Source: an uncultured Faecalimonas sp. (lineage in GTDB: Bacteria > Bacillota > Clostridia > Lachnospirales > Lachnospiraceae). Taken from it: DNA of 64,000 nt. The notes beneath the pieces are model-generated. The model did not search any database and was not told where the DNA came from. It saw only the letters and a list, made by a program, of their open reading frames with translations. Location of the stretch: contig CAUWEA010000005.1 in assembly GCA_963557735.1 (NCBI GenBank), forward strand, positions 593 through 64,592, given 5' to 3'. The first letter of the stretch is position 1; the number at the start of each line of letters is the position of its first letter. Of the stretch, positions 1 through 8,885 are shown one piece after another. The position numbers and the translations under genes are program-made.

Positions 1-159
1 CATCGTAGGCGTTCCTGCTTTTTTCAAATGTGACTGCACACCCTCTGTCCGCTCTGTCTGTCCCATCTTCAGCTTTCTGAGAAACGGGATCACAACCGGT
101 CCCATCAGCAGACTTAGCACAAAAGAAATCAGTACTGGTACAATTATTTTATAATCCAT
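1..159 (-). CDS. mraY: Phospho-N-acetylmuramoyl-pentapeptide transferase MraY, 5' part only (runs off the window edge)
   Basis: Not in the ORF track. Manual translation from ATG at 159 gives MDYKIIVPVLISFVLSLLMGPVVIPFLRKLKMGQTERTEGVQSHLKKAGTPTM, with the MraY signature H-x-x-K-x-GTPTM. RBS GAAAGGGTG upstream; position in the dcw cluster fits. Confidence 0.93.
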   Translation of the reverse strand, partial: MDYKIIVPVLISFVLSLLMGPVVIPFLRKLKMGQTERTEGVQSHLKKAGTPTM

Positions 160-206
160 AGATACACCCTTTCACTCTTTTGTTCTCATTTCGTTTCAAC
201 TCATAC

Positions 207-235
207 AGTATACTTCATTTCCTCCCCATTTTCAA
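207..235 (-). promoter_or_regulatory. Putative sigmaA promoter for mraY
   Basis: Minus strand TTGAAA-N17-TATACT immediately after the stop codon of the spoVD-like gene. Confidence 0.6.
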
Positions 236-2014
236 CTACTCCTCCTCTTTTGTTTCACTGACCGGTCCTCTTTCAATCCCAAGATACGGCAGAATATTGT
301 CGAAAATATCCCGGATCACCGGAGCTGCGATCGTTCCTCCATAATAGATTCCCTGCGGATCGTGGATCACCGCCATCCCAAGTACCTGCGGATCATCTGC
401 CGGAGCAAATCCGATAAAAGAAGAAATATATTTATTCGCACTTCGCGGAAGCGTCTGGGATGTTGCCGTCTTCCCTCCGATCTTATAGCCGTCGATATAC
501 GCATTTTTCCCGGAGCCTTCTGAGACAACACTCTCAAGGATCGCGCGCATTGTCGCAGAAGTTTCTTCTGACACAACGCCTTTTCGCTCTTTGTACGAAA
601 AGGTTTCCAGTTCATTTCCTTCCCGGTCCAGAATCCCTGCCCCAAAGTGCGGCGTCACCCGCACCCCGCCGTTGATGATCGAGCTTACGGTCGTCGCCAT
701 CTGTACGGGCGTAATCTGGAAAGACTGCCCGAAACTCATTGTCGCCAGCTCCACTGCTCCGATATTTTCCTTCTTATGCATGATCGTTCCTGCCTCCCCG
801 GGAAGATCTACCCCGGTCAGATCCATCAGTCCGAACTGGCGGAAATATTCACAGAACTTATCTGCACCGAGGCGAAGCCCGATATCGATAAATACCGGGT
901 TGCAGGAATTCTGAACCCCCTGCACAAAGGTTTCCGCCCCATGTCCGCCAACTTTGTGACAGCGGATTTTCCGGTCTTCCACCATCCGGTACCCCGGACA
1001 CTGAAACGTATCCGCAAGACTTACCACCCCGGCCTCCAGACATGCTGAGGAGGTAATGATCTTAAAAGTAGACCCCGGCTCATACGTATCATTGATACAG
1101 CGGTTTCTCCACATCCGGTTCAACAGATCCTGCTTTTTCTCCGGATCCGCAACATCCACATCTGACAGTTCTTCGGCACTTGCCGCAAGGAATTCCCCGG
1201 TCAGCGTAAAAGGGTCATTGAGATTAAATTCCGGCACATTGACCATCGCCAGGATTTCTCCGTTCTTCGGGTTCATCAGAAGGATCGATACCCCGTCCGC
1301 CTGCTTCTCCTCCATTACCTTCTGTGCCGCCTGCTCCGCATATTTCTGGATATTATAGTCGATCGTAAGCCGCAGCGTATTCCCTGGCATCGGCTCGATC
1401 CGGTCTTCTGCGATTCCTTCCAGCTCGATTCCTCTTGCATCTGTTGTTGTCAGGATCATCCCGTTTGTTCCTTTTAAATAATCTTCGTATCTGACTTCCA
1501 GCCCGATGATTCCCTGGTTATCGCCTCCCGTAAATCCAAGCACCTTCGATGCCAGTTCCTCATGCGGATAGTACCGTTTAAAATCCTCATCCACCTTCAC
1601 CCCTGCAAGGTCATAACTGCGGATCTTATCCCCGGTCTCCTTAGGCACGTTTGTCTTTACACGCTCCATCGAAGAAACCTTTTCCACACGCTTCCTCACC
1701 GTCTCCGGATCCAGTTCCAGCTCCTTTGCAAGTACCTCGGTCACACGCTCCTTCTCTTTGATCTGACTGTGGATCACAGAGATCGTACAGACTGTTCGGT
1801 TTGTCGCCAGCACTTTCCCATTCCGGTCCACAATCTCTCCCCTGGCCGCTTTGATCTCACGCTCTCTCTCATGGAGCGATTCCGCTTCTTTCTGGTAATA
1901 TTCTGCATCAAAGATCATCAGATAACACAGCCGCCCGATCAGTCCCAGAATCACTATGACTGCCGCAAGAAAGACCACAAACACTTTTCTCTTATTATAG
2001 GTCTTATTTTTCAT
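236..2014 (-). CDS. spoVD: Class B penicillin-binding protein, SpoVD-like
   Basis: N-terminal TM, PBP dimerisation domain (RGEIVDRNG), transpeptidase motifs STFK, SCN and KTA. Second class B PBP, directly upstream of mraY, as in spore formers. Confidence 0.8.
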   Translation of the reverse strand: MKNKTYNKRKVFVVFLAAVIVILGLIGRLCYLMIFDAEYYQKEAESLHEREREIKAARGEIVDRNGKVLATNRTVCTISVIHSQIKEKERVTEVLAKELELDPETVRKRVEKVSSMERVKTNVPKETGDKIRSYDLAGVKVDEDFKRYYPHEELASKVLGFTGGDNQGIIGLEVRYEDYLKGTNGMILTTTDARGIELEGIAEDRIEPMPGNTLRLTIDYNIQKYAEQAAQKVMEEKQADGVSILLMNPKNGEILAMVNVPEFNLNDPFTLTGEFLAASAEELSDVDVADPEKKQDLLNRMWRNRCINDTYEPGSTFKIITSSACLEAGVVSLADTFQCPGYRMVEDRKIRCHKVGGHGAETFVQGVQNSCNPVFIDIGLRLGADKFCEYFRQFGLMDLTGVDLPGEAGTIMHKKENIGAVELATMSFGQSFQITPVQMATTVSSIINGGVRVTPHFGAGILDREGNELETFSYKERKGVVSEETSATMRAILESVVSEGSGKNAYIDGYKIGGKTATSQTLPRSANKYISSFIGFAPADDPQVLGMAVIHDPQGIYYGGTIAAPVIRDIFDNILPYLGIERGPVSETKEEE

Positions 2015-2019
2015 AAAAA

Positions 2020-2067
2020 AACCTCACAGAAGTTGTTTTTATAATTTATTAACACTTCTGTGAGGTT
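2020..2067 (-). terminator. 14-bp inverted repeat that includes the spoVD RBS and is followed by a U-run
   Basis: aacctcacagaagt (2020-2033) pairs with acttctgtgaggtt (2054-2067). On the minus strand the stem ends ...GTGAGGTTTTTTTATG. Confidence 0.55.
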
Positions 2068-2109
2068 ATTCACATTCCATTGGACAAAAATTTTCATAAG
2101 ATCTGCAGA

Positions 2110-4233
2110 TCAGTACCCTTCCTCCATGCCTCCGGAGCCATCCTCATATACTCCACCCTCATAGGAACCATCTCCATAGTTTCCCTCTTCATAAGACGGA
2201 TCTCCATAAGATTCTTCTCCTGCATTTTCCCCGTAAGAGTCATCCTGCACTGACTGATCCTGCGCTGTCTCTCCGCCGGAGGTTTCTCCTTCATACATCT
2301 CTTCCCCGGAAACTTCTTCTGACTCCATCTCTGCCGGCTGATCCGCTTCCGGATCTTCTGTCGGTTCCGGAGCTTCCACCGGCTGACCGTCGATCGTGGA
2401 AATATTCAGATACGGAAATGCTTCTTCCATAATACTGCGCGCCAGATTCAGCACGAGCATACTGTCTTCCTGGGATTCTGTATTTGGCTCATCGATCACA
2501 ACATAGATCAGCACCTCCGGCTCATCCTGCGGTGCATATCCGATAAAGGAAAGAAGATGCTTTCCACTGTTTCTCGGATATTTCTCAGCAGTACCGGTCT
2601 TTCCTCCGATATCATATCCGTCGATCGCAGCCGGCGCACCGGTTCCGGTTCCTTCCATAACCATCTTCATATACTGTTTAACCAGCGTCGATGTATTCTC
2701 GGAGATCACACGCTTCTTCAGAACGGACTCTTTTGTCTCGATCACATTTCCATTTTCATCCTGGATCTGTTTCACCACATGAGGTTCGTAATAGTTTCCG
2801 CCATTGATCAGAGCCGACATTCCCGCGATCATCTGCTCCATCGTCACATTAAAATTCTGCCCGAATGAGTTCGTTGCAAGATCCACCGGACCTACCAGTT
2901 CCGGATCCTGCAGGATCCCTTCTGCCTCTCCCGGCAGATCGATCCCGGTCTGGGCTCCAAAGCCGAAAATACTCTGATAACGGTAGAAATCTTCTGCACC
3001 AATGACCTTGATCATCTCCATCATCGCTACGTTACATGAATTTGCAATGGACTGGGCAACGGTCTGCGTGCCATGTCCCGCTGTATAATGACAGTTGATC
3101 GGATCTGTGTCCTCTGCCACAACAAGGGAACCTCCGCAGGTATATACTTCATTCCCCCTGATCTTACCGGTCTCAAGCCCTGCCGCAACTGTAAATGGCT
3201 TCGCCGTTGATCCCGGCTCATAAGAATCACTGACACAGAAATCTCTCCACAGATTATTGAGGATCTCTACTTTTTCCTCCTCTTTCATCTTCTTTAACTC
3301 TTTTTCAGTGTAGTATGCAGAAATATCACGCGGCTTGTTCAGATCAAAATTAGGATACGATGCCTGCGCAAGGATCTCCCCGCTCTGAGGGTCTGCAATG
3401 ATGACCGCTGTGTTGAGACTTCCGTTTCCTTTCTCTGCATTGTTTCTGTAAGTCTTATCAAACTCTAAAATATGCTTCTCTACAATCTTCTGAAGTTCTG
3501 CATCGATTGTGGAAACGATCGTGTTTCCATTCTCCGCCTCCTTGATCGTACGTTCAAGAAGCGCTCCTTCTTCAAGGTACCCGTACTCTCTTCCGTCTAC
3601 CCCGTTTAAGATCGCATTGTAAGACGCCTCAAGCCCGATCGTTCCTACATCATCCGCATTGGAAAAACCGATCACATCACTCGCCAGTGAATTGTATGGG
3701 TATTTTCTGATATAATCTTCTTCCAGCCAAATACCTTTGACGTTTGGATGTTTCTCTTCATCTTCATCGATCGCCTCAAATTCCTTTGCCGTATCATAAT
3801 CTACCCCTTTGAGCATCACATTATAGCGGCTCTCCGGGCTGGATTCGATCAGTTCCTCTACATCCTTTTCTGCAATTCCAAAGCAGTCCTTCAGCACTTT
3901 GATCGTCGGCTTTTTATATTCCTTCTTCTCAAGCATCGCTTTGACATCCAGGATCACATTGTAGACCCGCTCGCTCGTCGCAAGCTTTGTCCCATTGCGG
4001 TCCACGATGTCCCCTCTCCGAAAGAGGATCACCCTGCTGTCATACTGCTGCTGGTCCAGAACGACTTTCGTATATTTCTCGCCGTTCATCGCATTGATCT
4101 GTATAATTCTTCCAATTAAAATAGCAAAAGCCAGCACAACTAATGAAAATAATAGTACTAGCTTTTTCTGCATAATCTTCGAAAATTTTCTTTTTAAAAA
4201 ATGAAATGAGTTACGCTTTCTTCTTTTGGACAT
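2110..4233 (-). CDS. Class B penicillin-binding protein (FtsI/PBP2B-like) with an acidic low-complexity C-terminal tail
   Basis: TM, RRGDIVDRNG, STAK, SCN and KTGT motifs; follows ftsL. Confidence 0.88.
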   Translation of the reverse strand: MSKRRKRNSFHFLKRKFSKIMQKKLVLLFSLVVLAFAILIGRIIQINAMNGEKYTKVVLDQQQYDSRVILFRRGDIVDRNGTKLATSERVYNVILDVKAMLEKKEYKKPTIKVLKDCFGIAEKDVEELIESSPESRYNVMLKGVDYDTAKEFEAIDEDEEKHPNVKGIWLEEDYIRKYPYNSLASDVIGFSNADDVGTIGLEASYNAILNGVDGREYGYLEEGALLERTIKEAENGNTIVSTIDAELQKIVEKHILEFDKTYRNNAEKGNGSLNTAVIIADPQSGEILAQASYPNFDLNKPRDISAYYTEKELKKMKEEEKVEILNNLWRDFCVSDSYEPGSTAKPFTVAAGLETGKIRGNEVYTCGGSLVVAEDTDPINCHYTAGHGTQTVAQSIANSCNVAMMEMIKVIGAEDFYRYQSIFGFGAQTGIDLPGEAEGILQDPELVGPVDLATNSFGQNFNVTMEQMIAGMSALINGGNYYEPHVVKQIQDENGNVIETKESVLKKRVISENTSTLVKQYMKMVMEGTGTGAPAAIDGYDIGGKTGTAEKYPRNSGKHLLSFIGYAPQDEPEVLIYVVIDEPNTESQEDSMLVLNLARSIMEEAFPYLNISTIDGQPVEAPEPTEDPEADQPAEMESEEVSGEEMYEGETSGGETAQDQSVQDDSYGENAGEESYGDPSYEEGNYGDGSYEGGVYEDGSGGMEEGY

Positions 4234-4244
4234 TTTCTCACCTT

Positions 4245-4739
4245 TTACTCAGAAACTTTACTTGACTGTGCTAATATTCCATTTTCCGGTATCTCTTCAT
4301 ACTGTTTCACATAGCTGCTTGTAGGGCTGTCATACTCGATGACCTGCTCCGGCGAAGCCGGCACCATACCAAGCTCTTCCACAGCACGCTTCCGAAGCTC
4401 CTCTAAGTCTACGCTGTCTGTCGCAGCATTGTACATCGCTGTATTTTCTTCCTTTAACTCTGTCAGTTCACTTTGAAGTACAGCGATCGCTTCTGAACGG
4501 CTCGTAATCTCAGACTGAAGCTGAAGATATCTGACACAAATAAAGAGTGCTGCGATCGCAGCGATCGATAAGAACAACACATAGCCTTTGTTCATATCCA
4601 GCGCTCTTTTTCTATTTTTATGTACTTGTTTACTCACCTTTTTCGGTTCTGAAGGCTGTAATGCTGTCTGTCTGTCTATACTGACTTTCGGCTGTCGTAC
4701 AGTGTTTCCATATACGTAAGCTTCTCCTCTTATCGCCAT
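4245..4739 (-). CDS. ftsL: Cell division protein, FtsL-like
   Basis: Single TM followed by a coiled coil and A..ELGM motif; lies between rsmH and a PBP. Confidence 0.7.
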   Translation of the reverse strand: MAIRGEAYVYGNTVRQPKVSIDRQTALQPSEPKKVSKQVHKNRKRALDMNKGYVLFLSIAAIAALFICVRYLQLQSEITSRSEAIAVLQSELTELKEENTAMYNAATDSVDLEELRKRAVEELGMVPASPEQVIEYDSPTSSYVKQYEEIPENGILAQSSKVSE

Positions 4740-4760
4740 TACAATCTCTCCTCTTTCTTT

Positions 4761-5711
4761 TTATACTTTCGTATTCACATGCCGCTCAAAAATTCTAAGC
4801 TTCGCGCTCTTCGACCGGCTGTTCTCTTCTAATTCCTGTTCGCCAGGCAAGATCGGTTTTTTCGTGATCACTTTCCCCTTCGATACATTTCCACAAACGC
4901 ATACAGGAAAATGGCTTGGACAAGTACAAGGATTCTCATTCTTCTTAAATATTCCCTTCACGATCCGGTCTTCCAATGAGTGAAATGTAATGATACAGAT
5001 CCTTCCATTATCATTCAGTAAATCAATCATCTCATCTAGTGTATCTCTGAGTACTTCCAGTTCCCGGTTCAGCTCGATCCGGATCGCCTGAAACGTCCTC
5101 TTTGCCGGATGTCCCGTGTTCTTTTGGAATTTCATCGGAATCGCATGTCGTATGATCTCGCATAACTGCCCCGTAGTTTCGACCGGCGCTTTTTCTCTCT
5201 CCATCACGATATGTTTTGCAATGTTCTTCGCGAACTTGTCCTCCCCATAATCGCGGATGATCCGAAACAGCTCCATCTCACTGTATGTATTGACGATATC
5301 ACGCGCCGTCTTCTCCTGGCGCCTGTCCATCCTCATATCTAACGGGGCATCAACACGATAAGAAAATCCTCTTTCTGCCGTATCTAACTGATAAGATGAT
5401 ACGCCCAAATCAAGGATTATCCCATCGACTTTGTCAATTCCTCTTTCCCGAAGCCTCGACTTCATATCACAATAATTGCTTCTGATTATCGTGACTCTCT
5501 CCCCGAAGCCGACTAACCGGACACTCGCCGCTTCAATCGCCGCCGCGTCCTGATCTATTCCTATAAAACTCCCCTTGTCATTTAATCGCTTACATACCTC
5601 TTCGGCATGCCCGCCACCACCAAGCGTTCCATCTACGTAAATGCCGTCTGGCTTGATGTTCAGACCATTTACCGTCTCTTCCAGTAATACTGACTTATGC
5701 TTGAATTCCAT
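4761..5711 (-). CDS. rsmH: 16S rRNA m4C1402 methyltransferase RsmH (MraW)
   Basis: [36 protein letters not shown] and [10 protein letters not shown] motifs. Start moved to ATG 5711 (RBS GGAGG). Confidence 0.97.
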   Translation of the reverse strand: MEFKHKSVLLEETVNGLNIKPDGIYVDGTLGGGGHAEEVCKRLNDKGSFIGIDQDAAAIEAASVRLVGFGERVTIIRSNYCDMKSRLRERGIDKVDGIILDLGVSSYQLDTAERGFSYRVDAPLDMRMDRRQEKTARDIVNTYSEMELFRIIRDYGEDKFAKNIAKHIVMEREKAPVETTGQLCEIIRHAIPMKFQKNTGHPAKRTFQAIRIELNRELEVLRDTLDEMIDLLNDNGRICIITFHSLEDRIVKGIFKKNENPCTCPSHFPVCVCGNVSKGKVITKKPILPGEQELEENSRSKSAKLRIFERHVNTKV

Positions 5712-5769
5712 ATTGTCCTCCATTTCTAACGATAGAAAGCATTGCTTGCTCTCTTTCTATTGTTATGAA

Positions 5770-6207
5770 TTAGATGCCAAGCCCTAATTCTTCCATGTGA
5801 CCGGCAATATCATCCATATTTGCTTCTACTTCAGCATTACTTTCATCCCATTTTGCCTTGTCCCAAATCTCAACCCGATCCAGCACCCCTACCAGAACGA
5901 CTTCCTTTTCAAGACCGGCAAAATCTCTCAGGGCTGAAGAGATTAAAACTCTTCCTTGTTTGTCAAGTACGCCTTCCACTGCGCTCCCAAGGAAAAAGCG
6001 CGTAAAAGTTCTCGCGTTCTTGTTTGTAAGCGGTAAGGTTCTGAGTTTGTCTTCAAAAAGCTTCCATTCATTGTCCGGATACACAAATAAGCAGTTATCT
6101 AACCCTTTTGTAATTACAAAACTTTCACCAAGTATCTCCCGAAACCTGGCAGGGATAATTAATCTGCCTTTTGAATCAATACTATGATTATATTCTCCAG
6201 TCAACAT
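5770..6207 (-). CDS. mraZ: Transcriptional regulator MraZ
   Basis: GEYNHSIDSKGRLIIP and a second DKQGR repeat; first gene of the dcw cluster. Start placed at ATG 6207. Confidence 0.97.
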   Translation of the reverse strand: MLTGEYNHSIDSKGRLIIPARFREILGESFVITKGLDNCLFVYPDNEWKLFEDKLRTLPLTNKNARTFTRFFLGSAVEGVLDKQGRVLISSALRDFAGLEKEVVLVGVLDRVEIWDKAKWDESNAEVEANMDDIAGHMEELGLGI

Positions 6208-6234
6208 GAAGGTCACCTTCTCCCGAAACGGTCT

Positions 6235-6317
6235 GCCACTTCACTACCATTTCGTACCACTTTTCACCACTTTCTACCACTTAGATTCATTGTACCCCAC
6301 TTTTTACTTGATTTCAA
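6235..6317 (-). promoter_or_regulatory. mraZ promoter (TTGAAA-N17-TACAAT) with phased MraZ-type GTGG(T/G/C) boxes
   Basis: -35 at 6312-6317, -10 at 6289-6294. Minus-strand boxes GTGGG 6296-6300, GTGGT 6276-80, 6266-70 and 6256-60, ATGGT 6246-50, GTGGC 6235-39. Confidence 0.8.
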
Positions 6318-6436
6318 GCCTTTTTTTCAGTTTTCTGGTTTTCATTTCAAAAAAACTGTTTCATTTCACTCTCTGCCCTTTTTTGCCGTAAAAAAGGATT
6401 TTGAGACAGCTTTCCTGACAAAGCCGTCATAGGAAG

Positions 6437-6476
6437 AGAGAGCCAGAAAAGGCACTCTGTCCTTACCTGGCTCCCT
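6437..6476 (-). terminator. Possible terminator hairpin after the 79-aa gene
   Basis: agagagccag / ctggctccct arms (10 bp, one wobble); weak U-tract. Confidence 0.35.
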
Positions 6477-6480
6477 GTTC

Positions 6481-6711
6481 TTACGCTCCCTGCAGATATT
6501 CTGTTACTGCGCTATAATCAACTTCATAGGACTGTCTTGGCTGGCTGTCCGTGTAAGTGTTATATGCAGAATAACCGATCCATCCAAGCACTGCCACACA
6601 CACGACAGATACGACTGTCTTTCTGACTGTGTTCATAACCTTCTGGCGGTGCAGCATTTTCTTTCTGTTCGCCTTTTCTTCTTTGTATCTGTTTACCTTT
6701 TCCTGACTCAT
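6481..6711 (-). CDS. Small single-TM hypothetical protein
   Basis: Basic N-terminus (MSQEKVNRYKEEKANRKK), one hydrophobic helix, RBS AAGGAG; follows degV. Confidence 0.75.
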   Translation of the reverse strand: MSQEKVNRYKEEKANRKKMLHRQKVMNTVRKTVVSVVCVAVLGWIGYSAYNTYTDSQPRQSYEVDYSAVTEYLQGA

Positions 6712-6738
6712 CCCAGTCACTCCTTTGCAATCTTTTTC

Positions 6739-7578
6739 TTATATTACAACGATGATCCCGCCATCATTTGCGTACATACTGCTAATTCCCGCTGTATCCA
6801 AAATGACTACATCTTTTACTTTTGTATGTTCTCTGATCATCCCTGCAACCGCCTCTGCTCTCTCCCTGCAGTTGCAGTGGGCGATCCCGAGCACTTTTTC
6901 TTCTCCGTTTTTCAGATGCTCCACAACTGTCTCTGTCATCTTTGCGAGCGCTTTCTTTATGCCCCTCGCCTGACCAATCTGGCAGATCGTCCCTTCCGGA
7001 GTGGATCCCATCACCGGCTTGATGTTCAAAGCACTTGCCACAAGCGCTTTTACTCCTTTTAATCTTCCGTTTTTCTTCAGCGTCTCCAGTGTCTCCAGGA
7101 CAAAATAAGTGTTCTGGCTTTCTATATACGCTTCCACTGTGCGGACTACTTCCTCAAATGCCATTCCGGCATCTTCACATTCCTGAATCTTCAGAGCGAT
7201 CAAAGACTCGCCTACAGACGCTGACTTTGAGTTAAAAATATGGATCTCTTTCTCCCCATGCTCCTCCTCGTACAGATTCTTCCCGAGGACTGCACTGTTG
7301 TAAGAACCACTAAGTTCTTCTGACAGTGTAACAACATACACCCGCTCCGCCTCACAGAGATAACTTTGCATATATCTCTCCGGAGAAGGGCAGGATGACT
7401 TCGGACATTCCGAACTTGCCGCGATCTTCGCGAGAAATTCCTTCTGGTCAAAGTTCTCATCATCTATGATCGTATTGCCCTCTAATTCTATACTCATTGG
7501 AACGGACTCGAAACATCCGCTCTTTTTCATCTCTTCTGTCAATTCTCCACAACTGTCCACAACAATTTTATAATTCAT
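6739..7578 (-). CDS. DegV/FakB family fatty-acid-binding protein
   Basis: IVVDSCGEL, TLSEELSGSYNSA and LETLKKNGR motifs; 279 aa. Confidence 0.93.
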   Translation of the reverse strand: MNYKIVVDSCGELTEEMKKSGCFESVPMSIELEGNTIIDDENFDQKEFLAKIAASSECPKSSCPSPERYMQSYLCEAERVYVVTLSEELSGSYNSAVLGKNLYEEEHGEKEIHIFNSKSASVGESLIALKIQECEDAGMAFEEVVRTVEAYIESQNTYFVLETLETLKKNGRLKGVKALVASALNIKPVMGSTPEGTICQIGQARGIKKALAKMTETVVEHLKNGEEKVLGIAHCNCRERAEAVAGMIREHTKVKDVVILDTAGISSMYANDGGIIVVI

Positions 7579-7686
7579 TCTTGATCCCTCCCAGATACCA
7601 GTTCTTGTGATACTCGATCATCGTTTCATGTAGTTTTTAATACTACATTATAATACCACACTGTCTGATATATGAAAAGATTTTTC

Positions 7687-8862
7687 TTAAGTTTCCTCAA
7701 ACTTTATCGCGCGCGAAACTCCCAGCGCCAGCCCCATCTCCGACATCAAAAACAAGATTGACGTACCTCCGTAGCTGAAAAACGGAAGTGTGATACCGGT
7801 TGTCGGAATCAGGTTTGTCACAACCGCGATATTTAAAATAACCTGAAGTGCAATGTGGGTGAAAATTCCGGTCACGATCAGCGATCCATACAGATCCGGA
7901 GCATTCTGCGCAATGAACATCAGCCGGTATAACAACATTCCAAAAAGGATCAAAATGACGATCGCACCAAAAATTCCAAGTTCCTCACAGATCGCCGCGA
8001 GGATCATATCGTTTTGTACTTCAGGGATCGCCGAAAGTTTCTGGACACTGTTTCCAAGTCCTTTTCCCCAGAACCCACCGGAACCGATCGCGTAAAGTCC
8101 CTGCATTACCTGGTATCCGCCTTCTGCCATATGCTTATCCGGCTGAAGCCATGTAACGACACGCTGGATACGGAAGTTGTCACTGGAAGAAAGCTGTACC
8201 AGGATCACGACTAGCAGAAGTCCGACTGCGATGATCCCTCCGACTGCAATCTTAATAAAAGGCTTCGTCTTCGGGTGCGCCACAAAGATCATACCGCAGA
8301 CGATCCCGGCCACGATGATCGCCGTACTTAAGTTATCTGTAAAATAAAACACACTGAACGCGGAAAATCCGCCATAGACAAGTACTCTTGTCACACCGGC
8401 GCTTGTCTTAATATACTTTCCAAGCTGACAGATGATGTACGGAATAAAAAGGATCACCGCAATCTTCGCCACCTCGGACGGCTGCATCTGAAGCGGCGTA
8501 TCCTTAATCCCAAGCCATCTTCTTGATCCATTTGACTCGATTCCAAGCGGAGACCAGCGCACAAGCACCATCAGAAAGATCGAAATATAGTAAATTGTCT
8601 TTGCAAACGGTGCATAGAGATGGTAATCAATCTTCGAAATAATGATCATCACCACAAAACTTGCCACCGTGATCAGCGCCTGCTTTCGAAACAGAAACAT
8701 CCCGTCACCGTTATTTGCTGCCTGCGAATTATACGCACTGGCGCTGTACAGCATGATCAACCCAAAACAGATGATAAAGATCAAAACTGCAAGCAGGTTA
8801 TAATCGAAATATTCAATTTTCTTTCTTGCCCCTCCCCGGGGGATATTCCTACGTGTTGCCAT
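7687..8862 (-). CDS. SEDS family peptidoglycan glycosyltransferase (FtsW/RodA/SpoVE)
   Basis: About 10 TMs; GSRRWL, QPSEVAK, GYQ..Q...AIGSGG.WGKG and G.TLPFFSYGGTS motifs. Confidence 0.93.
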   Translation of the reverse strand: MATRRNIPRGGARKKIEYFDYNLLAVLIFIICFGLIMLYSASAYNSQAANNGDGMFLFRKQALITVASFVVMIIISKIDYHLYAPFAKTIYYISIFLMVLVRWSPLGIESNGSRRWLGIKDTPLQMQPSEVAKIAVILFIPYIICQLGKYIKTSAGVTRVLVYGGFSAFSVFYFTDNLSTAIIVAGIVCGMIFVAHPKTKPFIKIAVGGIIAVGLLLVVILVQLSSSDNFRIQRVVTWLQPDKHMAEGGYQVMQGLYAIGSGGFWGKGLGNSVQKLSAIPEVQNDMILAAICEELGIFGAIVILILFGMLLYRLMFIAQNAPDLYGSLIVTGIFTHIALQVILNIAVVTNLIPTTGITLPFFSYGGTSILFLMSEMGLALGVSRAIKFEET

Positions 8863-8885
8863 CCATTTCTCCTGTTCTGTACTTT

